The notes under the pieces are model-generated. The model did no database searches, had not been told where the DNA came from, and worked only from the letters and a program-made list of their open reading frames with translations. A stretch of DNA of 64,000 nucleotides from Macrostomum lignano (Eukaryota). The stretch lies in assembly GCA_002269645.1 (NCBI GenBank), contig NIVC01001389.1:124001-188000 (forward strand). The letters run 5' to 3'. A program made the translations under genes and the position numbers. Below, in pieces: positions 44,561 through 64,000 of this stretch (its first letter is position 1; each line of letters begins with the position of its first letter).

Positions 44561-45477
44561 TTCACTGCCGGAGTGCGGAGCTGCTGACAGTCAGACTTTA
44601 TAGAGGCCGGCTTCAAGTCGATGCCGGCTGAAAGACGACAATTTTTGCTGGGGCTGAGAATTTCTGCTTCAAGTTAAAGAAGAGAGAAAAGTTTTCAAGC
44701 TTGTGTTTGGCACTATAGACTCCTATTGCTTAGTTGACCAAATTCAATTGGGCAGGAAGGATATTGGAAAGTGTGCTTCTGGCCAACAGCTCTCCTAACC
44801 TCAGGCAGATACACAATCAAGCTCCTAGAAGGAAGGAAGCTATATGCTAATGTTAAGGAATAAAATTCACCGGCAATGCAGATTCCGGAAACGACAGTCC
44901 AGTAAGCGAGTCTGCAAGTCGGGATCAAGTTGAGGAAAAATTTCCCAACAGCACAGCTGGGTCCAGGTAGCGAGCGGCTTCGCTAACAGTTGTGCGTTAA
45001 GGCTTTAAGAGGCAGGGGAGGGGGGCAGCGGCAGCACAGAGAGCACCCAACCAGCCGAGGGCAGAGATAGGGGGGGGGGCGGTCATATATGGCTGGCTGG
45101 TTGTCTGGGCCGCAGCTTATGACTAAGACGCCAGGGGGGGGAGGGAGAAAGCCTGAGGGTCGATGCCGGAGACTCCGCAGATTGGGTGATGGAGAGCAGG
45201 GAGGGAGGCTGTGCAGAGGGAAAGGAAAACGAAGGTTAAAGCCGTGCAAGCCCAGTCAACCAAGGAGATCTTCAGGTAGAATTCGGAGTGGCAACTCGTC
45301 CCTAAGCACGGGTCAGAATGAAGAAGCATCGGTCGCTTGTTTCGCTGGCTGGTCCCTGATAGCCAATGCCAATCGCCAAAATGGACTCGACCACAAAAGT
45401 AATCGCAAAATCCCGATCTGATCCCAAGATTTTGGGGATATTGAACCCATCCCCAGATTTCAACGCCCCAATTTCTC

Positions 45478-46215
45478 CCTGATATTGACCCGATCTCTGG
45501 ATTAGGGGAAATTGACCCGATCCACTGGATTAGGGGATGTTGACCCGATCCCGGGATTCGGGGATATTGACCCGATCCTGATATTTGGGAATGTTGACCT
45601 GATCCCGGGATTCGGGGATATTGACCCGATCCTGATATTTGGGAATGTTGACCTGCTGATCCCACGATTAGGGGATATTGACCCGATTCCCTAGATAAGG
45701 GGAAATTGACCCGATCCTGGTATTTGGGAATGTTGACCCGATACCGAGATTAGGGAATGTTGACCCGATGCCGAGATTAGGGGATGTTGACCCGATCCCG
45801 GGATTTGGGGATATTGACCCGATCCTAGTACTTGGGTATTTGGGAATGTTGACCTGCTGATCCCACGATTTGGGGATATTGACCCGATCCCTGGATTAGG
45901 GAATATTGACCCAATCCCCTGGATTAGGGGATATTGACCCAATCCCCTGGATTAGGGGATATTGACCCGATACCCTGGATTAGGGGATATTGACCCAATC
46001 CCCTGGATTAGGGGATATTGACCCGATCCCCTGGATTAGGGGATATTGACCCGATCCCCTGGATTAGAGGAAATTGACCCGATCCTGGTATTTGGGAATG
46101 TTGACCTGATCCCGGGATTCGGGGATATTGACCCGATCGCCAGATTTGAGGATGCTGGCCCGATTTTGGGATTTGGGGATGTTGATCCGATCCCGGGATT
46201 TGGGGATATTGACCG
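45478..46215. repeat. Approximately 28-bp minisatellite (GGATTAGGGGATATTGACCCAATCCCCT) with an internal stem
   Basis: Period 28 at 45921/45949; GGGGAT...ATCCCC inverted pair within the unit. Confidence 0.88.
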
Positions 46216-46779
46216 ACCCCTATTTGAGGAAAGGAGCTGCTAGTCCAGAATCTATTCCTAGATCTCCTTGGACCCACCGACTGTCTCCCCCACCCCAAAG
46301 AACGGAGACTGCAGCTGTGCAGTGCAAACAGGGTGGGAAGCTGCTGGAGCCAGGATTTTTACTGCAGCCGCTAATAACGCAAGTTTAGTGCGATGCCCAA
46401 ACCCCAACCCCGCACCCAATTTCAAGAATTCCAAAAGGCGCATCATCGAACGAAGCCATCAAGGCAGCGGCGAGGATGCCCGTGGACAGCCAGCGCCTCC
46501 TTCCTACTGGCTGAATTTACGTTTCTATGCGGATAAAGGAAGGGGGGGTTCCCTGCAAAGGCAAATCTGATTGCGGAGTTCGAGTCCGGCCTGCCTGAGG
46601 GGTTGTCTGCCTCTGGGGAAGGCGGCCAAATGAAATCAGAGGGCAGCCGGGCGAATTGGGAAAACGTTTTCACTTCGCGCTTTGTGGCCAGCCAGGCAGG
46701 CAATAAAAAAGTTTTCCTTAGACTGTGAAAGATTCAATTCAGACTACTGTCAAAAGTAGACGAAAAAATTCGTAAAATC

Positions 46780-47500
46780 GTGAGGATGGGGTGGAGGGCG
46801 ATTCCTGAGGATGGGGTGGAGGGCGATTCCTGAGGATGGGGTGGAGGGCGATTCCTGATGATGGTGGAGGGCGATTCCTGAGGATGGGGTGGAGGGCGAT
46901 TCCTGAGGATGGGGTGGAGGGCGATTCCTGAGGATGGGGTGGAGGGCGATTCCTGAGGATGGGGTGGAGGGCGATTCCTGAGGATGGGGTGGAGGGCGAT
47001 TCCTGAGGATGGGATGGAGGGCGATTCCTGATGATGGGGTGGAGGGCGATTCCTGAGGATGGGGTGGAGGGCGATTCCTGATGATGGGTGGAGGGCGATT
47101 CCTGAGGATGGGGTGGAGGGCGATTCCTGAGGATGGGATGGAGGGCGATTCCTGATGATGGGGTGGAGGGCGATTCCTGAGGATGGGGTGGAGGGCGACT
47201 CCTGAAGATGGTGGAGGGCGATTCCTGAGGATGGGTGGAGGGCGATTCCTGAGGATGGTGGAGGGCGATTCCTGAGGATGGGTGGAGGGCGACTCCTGAC
47301 GATGGGTTGGAGGGCGATTCCTGACGATGGGGTGGAGGGCGATTCCTGACGATGAGGTGGAGGGCGATTCCTGACGATAGGGTGGAGGGCGATTCCTGAC
47401 GATAGGGTGGAGGGCGATTCCTGACGATAGGGTGGAGGGCGATTTCTGACGATGGGTGGAGGGCAATTCCTGAGGATGGGAAGGAGGGCGATTCCTAAGG
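46780..47500. repeat. 25-bp G-rich minisatellite (GAGGATGGGGTGGAGGGCGATTCCT), about 28 copies
   Basis: Direct repeats. Confidence 0.95.
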
Positions 47501-49019
47501 GTGGAAAGGAGGGAGACTATTGAGGATTAAATCATCTTTTTAATTGTTTATTTCTTTAATTTATTAACTTTTTGGTTTAGTTGCTAAGACAAAATAAAAT
47601 TACAATTCTTTTTTATGGCAATATGTTTGGCATATAGTAGGGGTACACAAATAATTTACTAATATATTCTAGTATACACTTGCTAGACCTATCGCTATCT
47701 TGTTGACTATGTTCTATACTTTTGCTTCTATACTTTTGCTAGTTTTGACTAAAAGTAAAAGTTAGTTTTACAAATTGTCAAATAATTAATCATTGAGCTT
47801 GCTATTTGCTATTGATCTGCAATAATTTATTATAGCTAGATTTGCCAGGTTGGCTAGTAGTTGTGCATATATTAGTACTATACTATATTCTAGGGTGTCC
47901 ATACATTTTTTATTTCCAAATTCTAAGTTCTTTCCAAGTTCACAATGACCAATTTCTAGGTGGTTTCAGGTTACAAAGTGCCATTAACCAATTTAAAAAT
48001 AGAAGTTGCAAACTTATTTTATAAGCAATTTTAGAATACTATCATTTTGGAAAATAAGTTCTATTTCATGATAAAAAATTCATGCTACTATGTTGATTAC
48101 TAAAAAATCATACTTGACCATCTTTTTTCCTTCAAAAACATTTTACCAATATTTATACCTATCTTATGGATAGCAGTAGATATGACTGATTTAAATTATA
48201 TATGTTTATACAAAATGTACAAAGTGAAAAAGGCATATAATTTTTTTAAAAAATAAGTTTAGATAAGCTATATACTAATGTAAAAAATTCAAGAGAAGCA
48301 TTTAGAAATCAATGCAAAATTCATGAGGAGGATTCTCTATGTTTATATGTCTGAATATTCTAGGACAAATTCTAAATGATTTACATTAAAATAGTTTTAT
48401 GTAATAGTTTAATACATTAAATTAAAATTAGTTTAATAGGCCTATGACAGTTTGAATTTTTTCTTAAATATACTAATGTAATAATCTTTTGATAAAATTT
48501 CTGAAATATACAAAGCATAAATCTTAAACAAAATAACTATAGTTTAAGCTGATATTATAAAGTATCTCCTATCAGTAAAATGACCAACCCACCAAATTTT
48601 CCATTTTTACTAAAGCCAAAGATGAAGCATATTTATTATAGAACTAACTTGTCCCCAAAACATGTCACCAATATGACTTGTCACTGAAAAAAACATGTAT
48701 CCCTTCTTTTTTAGTTTTTTTTCTAGGCTTTTTCTAAACTAAGATGTTTTTAGCCAGTTTTTCCTATCTCTAGGTCTTCCAAGTGCCCTTCTAAATTATA
48801 AGTTTTTAAGTGTTTTATTCCAAGTAGATACCTAGAATCTTTTTGAAATTTATTAGGCCTAGCCCTTTAATTTAGTTTTATAACTTATTTAAAAGCATAA
48901 TAAAATTCTTTAATTTATTACCAAACTTTTTCAAAAGTCAAAATTGTCAAATGACAAATATTATAAGTCTTACATTTCATAAATTACCCTTGTTTTAGAC
49001 TTTAAGCCTATCATATTTG

Positions 49020-49712
49020 GAGATGTCGTCAAAATGGCCACACACAAAATAGCCACACCATCAAAATGGTCACATAAAACAAAAAGTATTGCAGGTCAAC
49101 TTGTTCTACTCTTAATATTCTTTGATAAGCATAGCCTTTACTACAAATATTCTAAACCATTGTTATTCTTAAAGTAATACATCAGTGCTATTGAGTGCAC
49201 TTTGTGTTGTTAATAATTTTAGCTTGGGTACTTGTACCATTTGCATCAAAATGCAAAAGAAGTTAATGCATTGAGATATTGTGAAATTAATATGGACAAC
49301 ATGCATCCAAAAAGGGAGCACCAGAGAAGTGAAGACAAATTTGTATTTTGTGGAATGACCAGCAATTAGTTAAATGTTGTTGAAATGAAATGTTAAATGC
49401 ATCACTTTGTAGACACTTTGGACAACTGTTATCCATTGTTTAAAAACAACAATTGTTCATTAATTTACTGTCAAATACACAATTTGAAAAATGAAAAACC
49501 AAGTAAAAAATTTTATATCAGAGATAACTATTACTAACTCCCATAAAGATATTTTGCATTTCTATTACAAATTATTATATCTCTTGTCTGTCTATAAATT
49601 ATTACATCTATATAACTTTTTGTTTTATGTGGCCATTTTGTTGTCTGGCCATTTTGACAGTGTGGCCATTTTGTCATGTGGCCATTCCGCATATGGCCAT
49701 TTTGACAGGCAT
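49020..49712. mobile_element. MITE-like element whose ends consist of repeated CAAAATGGCCACA motifs in inverted orientation
   Basis: Left end AGATGTCGTCAAAATGGCC versus right end GGCCATTTTGACAGGCATCT; several subterminal copies; no clean TSD. Confidence 0.6.
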
Positions 49713-49847
49713 CTATAATTTGTTAGCTATATTGGCCAGGTTACATAGCAATTATAATTTATTATATATTATATTAATATAGATTCACCAATTGGCAAAC
49801 CTAGCTAGTCTGTTCTGTATAGTTGACTTCTAATTTTGTAGATGTTA

Positions 49848-50296
49848 GGTTTTGCATATTTAATTATTTTTCAAAATTTTAACAAAGTTTTAACAATATA
49901 AAATAATAGAAAGTTTTAGATATTGTAGTAATGCACCACCCAAAATATAGCCTAGGATCTAGGATGTTGACTAAAAGTATTATATAGATAGCAACAGTGC
50001 TAAAGAAACTTGTTAAGGTAGATATTGAATAAAGCCTTAGAGGTGCTAGGCATGTGCATAGCCTTTAAGTAGGCCTTAGTGCGGGCCCATGTACCTTCTA
50101 TGGTGTTTGTATAGATATCTGGGTTATCAAGGTCTAGGGGTAGGCCTAGGGGCCTACAAAGTTTAAATGATTAGGCAGATAGTTGTAGGCCTGCCATTGG
50201 TCTAAGATAATACATGATTTAGCACTTGGGCATGTTTAAATTGTTCAAATGTTAAAATTTGTTAAAATTTTAAAAAATAATTAAATATGCAAAACC
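49848..50296. mobile_element. Approximately 450-bp foldback/MITE with about 45-bp AT-rich inverted termini
   Basis: GGTTTTGCATATTTAATTATTTTTCAAAATTTTAACAAA versus its near-perfect reverse complement ending ...AAATATGCAAAACC at 50296. Confidence 0.6.
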
Positions 50297-50500
50297 AAAG
50301 CATTGCTAGAAATTCTTTCTTAAATTCTAGGAAAACCCTAAAGCCCAAAATTTTGATGGCAATTGTGAGATAGCTAATTATATCCCTAGAACTTCCTTCT
50401 ATAACATAATTATACTTATAGGCCTATCATGAAATGTAACTTAAATTTTTCAATTTTTCATTTTAAATTTAATAAGGCTAGGCACTATTATTTAAAAACT

Positions 50501-52315
50501 GGATTCAACCCACTTTGGCAAAGGAATTTTTGGCAAAAGTCAATAACGGCAAAAAAGACTTTTGCAGTGACCATTTCGTCTAAAATTGATCCACTTCGGC
50601 AAAGGGTTATTTTTATTATTGGCCAAAGGCGAGCGAGCAATTATGTGTTATACAAATAATGAACAATTAAAAAATTGGTGTCTGTAAATAAAAAAACAAT
50701 TAAAATGAACATATTAAGCAATTAAAATTGATTACTAAAATTAAAAGTTGTTTGGGCTAAGACATTTAAAATAAAGTTAAATATATACATTGTCATTGTA
50801 CGTGTATCACAAAGTTAGGGTGCATTTAGGCGACTACACTTCTCCAACAAGCTCTCAGTTGAGCGCAGACCCAAGCGGTGCTCCCGCCACAGATCTAAAA
50901 ATACGCAGTCGCGCTTTCCACTGTGCTTTGCACTGAAATTGTTGCAACTGTCCCTGTGCCATGAGCCGAGCATCAACAGCAACAAGTCGCCCTTCCTCGT
51001 GCAATAGTTGGACGAGAATGTAAAATTGAAGGCCGCCTCGCTGAGCCCGGTAGTTGAGCCATCGATGCCAGCCTTCTACGTCATTGTTGGTTTGAATGGT
51101 GCAGTCGTAAACTGATATTTCATTAATGCTCCAGATGGTACCATTTAACCAGGTGTCCTAATATTGAATTAAATTGGTCGTTGCAGAATGTATATCAGCT
51201 TAAACGTGTACATTTATTTACACAATTTTGATTGTAATATAATTTCATATATTTGTTGATGTACCTGAAAGTACTGGCACAGCTGATTTAAGAGTGGCTG
51301 GGTGGGTGTTATCTGCTGGCGAAGTTGCTCAAACTGCCACCACATTTCAATAGCTGGAAGAAATGCTAGGGCCATGAGCTTTCTGCGGAAGGCCTTAATT
51401 TGCAGATTTTCGACGTAAGCCTTCTGGAGACCAAGGGCTTGCACATGTTGCCATATGGCTTGGGTAAAATAGAAGTTGCACCCACGCCGTTGCACATGAG
51501 GCCACACAGATTCAAGTGCCCTCCACATAGCCGCCTCAAAGTCCAGTACAAATCCAAGCAGCCTGCATCGAGACAATAATACCATGTACATGTACTGTAC
51601 ATGTTTAAAAATAGTAGATACAATGCAGTACTTGTACATTAGTAATTACCTAGATCGCGGTGCCAGTCTTCGAACAGCTTAGAGAACTGTTTCGTAGTCC
51701 TGGCGAGAGCACCCGGACATCATTACGAAAACTAAAGGCTCTTGCTTCAGTGCCCCGTCTGGCCCGAAAATGAAGCCATGAATGCTGTAGAGTTGGATAA
51801 ATGGATAGTGAACGATGTTGAACATCCCATCCATATACCACCATTCAGTATCTTCCAAAAGAGCCAACTGAGCGTCGGTTGCAAAGACTAAATGTCTGCA
51901 ATTATTGTCTCGCAAATCAGCGCGAAGGAAATCCGCAGGTATGGCATCCAGGCGTATATCAAAAGCAATGCTTTGTGGCTCATCAGGCCAGTTGGCCTGG
52001 CGTTCCCGATTTGCTGCTTTTGCCAGATGACTGGGCACCGGAAGATTGGGTGCATTCTGTGGGTTTGTGTATTGCTGCAGCTATCAATGCAGTCAGCTTC
52101 AGTCCTCAGACTATATGTGCTATATGTAGTCTGTACTAGTAATTTATATGTATTTTTGTCAATGAATAATTTAAAAGATACTTGTACATGTATAAGTATC
52201 TTTATGCCAAAGTGGTTAATTTCTTTTGCCGAAATGTGCATCTACGTAGACGAAAAATTCATCTTCGCCGAAATGTCTTTCGCCAAAAATTCCTTCGCTG
52301 AAATGGGCTGCACCC
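50501..52315 (-). mobile_element. Mutator-like (MULE) DNA transposon, internally truncated, with an 8-bp TSD TAAAAACT
   Basis: About 100-bp diverged TIRs (AAGGAATTTTTGGCRAAAG core). TAAAAACT at 50493-50500 and 52316-52323. Transposase remnant inside. Confidence 0.88.
50830..52040 (-). pseudogene. MULE DDE transposase pseudogene with two GT-AG introns
   Basis: WWYMDGMF, PLVFVMM, DFEAAMWRA, GCNFYFTQAIW, YFQ|DTWLNG, TNNDVEGWH. In-frame TAA at about 51679. The usual CxFH His appears as Tyr. Confidence 0.88.
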
Positions 52316-53254
52316 TAAAAACTAAGTACAGTAGAAAGGCCATTAGCTAAAATGAAATATAGTATAGTCTAGATTTCAAATAAATAAATAGTAGAAAGGA
52401 TGAAAAAGAATCAAGAAAAGGAAACAGGTAAAAGAAAAGCAAAAAAAATTAAACTTTACAGATGACCAAATTCTGTCTTAATTTTGATTTCAAAGTTTCA
52501 AAATTCAACATTTAAACTAGGCCCTAATGGCTAAAGGCAAAGCTAAAGACAAAGCTAGAATTGCTAGACGTCTAGAAATTAAATAATGCTAGGCAGGCTC
52601 TGTTAAGTAAGTTATAATTTAATTTGGAAATCTGAGCTTGAATTTGGCTGAGTTTTATATGGTGAATTTATACTATTTAATACTAACAGATAGACCAATA
52701 CTATAGATAGACGATAGAAGTAGCAAAGCAAGCCAAAGGCATGCTTTTGGCACTGGAATACGTTTCAAACGGCTACGCTATGCTAAATATGTTAGTGCCA
52801 GAACACAAGCTGATGATTGGTTTTTTGTTTGGCTGTCATAGCAGTATTGTGGATGTAGGATGAGGACTAGAGTACAGTGGTGGTTTCTTTGCTGCCTCAA
52901 AAAATTAGACGCTGCGGAGAAATTTGAATTTTCTGACGCTTTTTCTTTGAACCATTGGCCGCGACTTTAAACAAATGCACTCTGTCTTCTCCTTCACATA
53001 GTCAGGCAGGCTTCTGGTAAACAGGGTGGGACAACTATTGTAGCAATGACTGAGGCTGACTGAGGCTTTTCGCGTTTATTTAAACATAATCGAAATCTGT
53101 TATAGAATACCAAATTAACCATTTTCTGGCATTAGTGCGTAGATAAAAAGCCAAATATTATCAAATCGATTTGAAAAATCTACTGTCTGAGTTTCTGTTG
53201 GCAAACTGGGCAAAACAGTATCGCAATTGCTTGTCTGTTTATTTGTCTGTCTTA

Positions 53255-53715
<461 letters not shown>

Positions 53716-53871
53716 TACTTATTCAAAAGATTTCCAGGAACTCGAAGCCCGAGTGTAGTAAATGAGACTGCGTGGCGACCCCTTTGTATTTGGGAGAGGA
53801 CTGTCTCAGAAAGGCAGGTTGCACAGTCAGCAGTGGTTACACATGGGAGCAGACAGGGAGCAGCAGAAGTG

Positions 53872-62037
<8,166 letters not shown>

Positions 62038-62477
62038 TCTGGGCCGAGGTGTCGCCAGCTCAGCGCTCAGCGTGAGGGGCTCAGCTTCCAGAGCTTATCA
62101 GCCAGCCGCCTTGGACTCTGGGCCAATCAGAGAGCGGCTGATGAGTAAATATTGATGAAGAATGCCGGGTGCCAGTCTCCCTCATTGCGGGGGCAGCCTG
62201 CCGGCTCAAGTCCCACGCAGCCTCTTATCGGGAATCGTGCTGCAGAGAATTGCTCTCAAATTATTAAGCTGACTCTGCACTTCTCATTCTGCAGTGGATG
62301 AAGAAGGCGCTGGGACAAGAAGCTTCTTGCGCCTTGAGAATTTTACTATCGATTTGTTAGCCCTCTGGGGCTGGATTGGCCATCGAAAAATGGCTCTTCA
62401 GAAATAGGGAATTATCAACTCTGCTCTGCTAAATTTCTTACAAAGCATAAAAACTATAGCAACGCTTTTTATCGCCA

Positions 62478-63462
62478 ATAACCATATCTGCATAGCCATA
62501 AACATATCTGCATAGCCAATAACCATATCTGCATAGCCAATAACCATATCTGCATAGCCAATAACCATATCTGCATAGCCATAAACATATCTGCATAGCC
62601 AATAACCATATCTGCATAGCCAATAACCATATCTGCATAGCCATAAACATATCTGCATAGCCAATAACCATATCTGCATAGCCATAAACATATCTGCATA
62701 GCCAATAACCATATCTGCATAGCCAATAACCATATCTGCATAGCCATAAACATATCTGCATAGCCAATAACCATATCTGCATAGCCAATAACCATATCTG
62801 CATAGCCAATAACCATATCTGCATAGCCATAAACATATCTGCATAGCCAATAACCATATCTGCATAGCCAATAACCATATCTGCATAGCCAATAACCATA
62901 TCTGCATAGCCATAAACATATCTGCATAGCCAATAACCATATCTGCATAGCCAATAACCATATCTGCATAGCCATAAACATATCTGCATAGCCATAAACA
63001 TATCTGCATAGCCAATAACCATATCTGCATAGCCAATAACCATATCTGCATAGCCAATAACCATATCTGCATAGCCAATAACCATATCTGCATAGCCATA
63101 AACATATCTGCATAGCCAATAACCATATCTGCATAGCCAATAACCATATCTGCATAGCCAATAACCATATCTGCATAGCCATAAACATATCTGCATAGCC
63201 AATAACCATATCTGCATAGCCAATAACCATATCTGCATAGCCAATAACCATATCTGCATAGCCAATAACCATATCTGCATAGCCAATAACCATATCTGCA
63301 TAGCCATAAACATATCTGCATAGCCAATAACCATATCTGCATAGCCAATAACCATATCTGCATAGCCAATAACCATATCTGCATAGCCATAAACATATCT
63401 GCATAGCCATAAACATATCTGCATAGCCAATAACCATATCTGCATAGCCAATAATATCTGCA
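62478..63462. repeat. 21/20-bp minisatellite (AATAACCATATCTGCATAGCC / ATAAACATATCTGCATAGCC)
   Basis: Two alternating unit variants, nearly 50 copies. Confidence 0.96.
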
Positions 63463-64000
63463 TGGGTAATGTCGGTAATTTAAATAAAAAAATTCTTAGA
63501 AACAGAAAAGTTGGTGCCATAAAAATGACTTGTCAGTGCCAAAATTTGCACTTTCGGCGCGCATGTCAATGACAATTGACAGTTTGGGTGCTAATCAAAC
63601 AACATCGAACTCTCAGCTGATCCTGCTATGCAAATCAGTCCATTACCAAGTTCAAGTACTAGCTCTCCAGCTGTCTGCAGATTGAGGTTTCCCAAATCCT
63701 CCCCAGCCACGGCCCGTCTCCAATGGCAACGCAGCCAGGCCCACTCCAAGCCTACCGCGCAGACCCGAGACAATGCGTGCTGGAATTGCTGTCGGCGCTT
63801 TTGCTGCAGCCTCTCCCGGCGCTTCTAGAAGAAGCTAGAAAATGAACTCCGTCACGCACTTGAGACGCGGGCAGAGAAGAACTTAACTTTGCAGTTTTGA
63901 GTCGGGCAACTGGGAGTCTTGGCTAGCGGAGCTTCTGAGTGAGCGCTGCCTGCATTTTGATTGGGAGTCAGTGGAGCTGGAGTGTTTGGGCATAAACTGC

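Overview
Eukaryotic (animal) genomic DNA. GC-rich spliced exons alternate with AT-rich transposon nests, and nearly every intron holds its own minisatellite. The style suggests a flatworm such as Macrostomum (inference only). Minus-strand genes: two tandem p24/TMED genes with long repeat inserts, GEN1 resolvase, a PAN/apple-like ORF, a low-complexity W-motif/GLGN-repeat protein, a glypican with a very long stalk, and a RING-less TRAF. On the plus strand, absent from the ORF track, is a two-exon 53-aa secreted knottin with an omega-conotoxin-like cysteine framework, plus a degraded Mab-21/cGAS-like fragment. Mobile DNA: a complete 1.3-kb miniature LTR element with a tRNA-Glu PBS, several MITEs, a decayed Gypsy fragment and a MULE. 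Most long ORFs in the track are translations of tandem repeats. Three genes need small indel corrections at G-runs, probably assembly errors.
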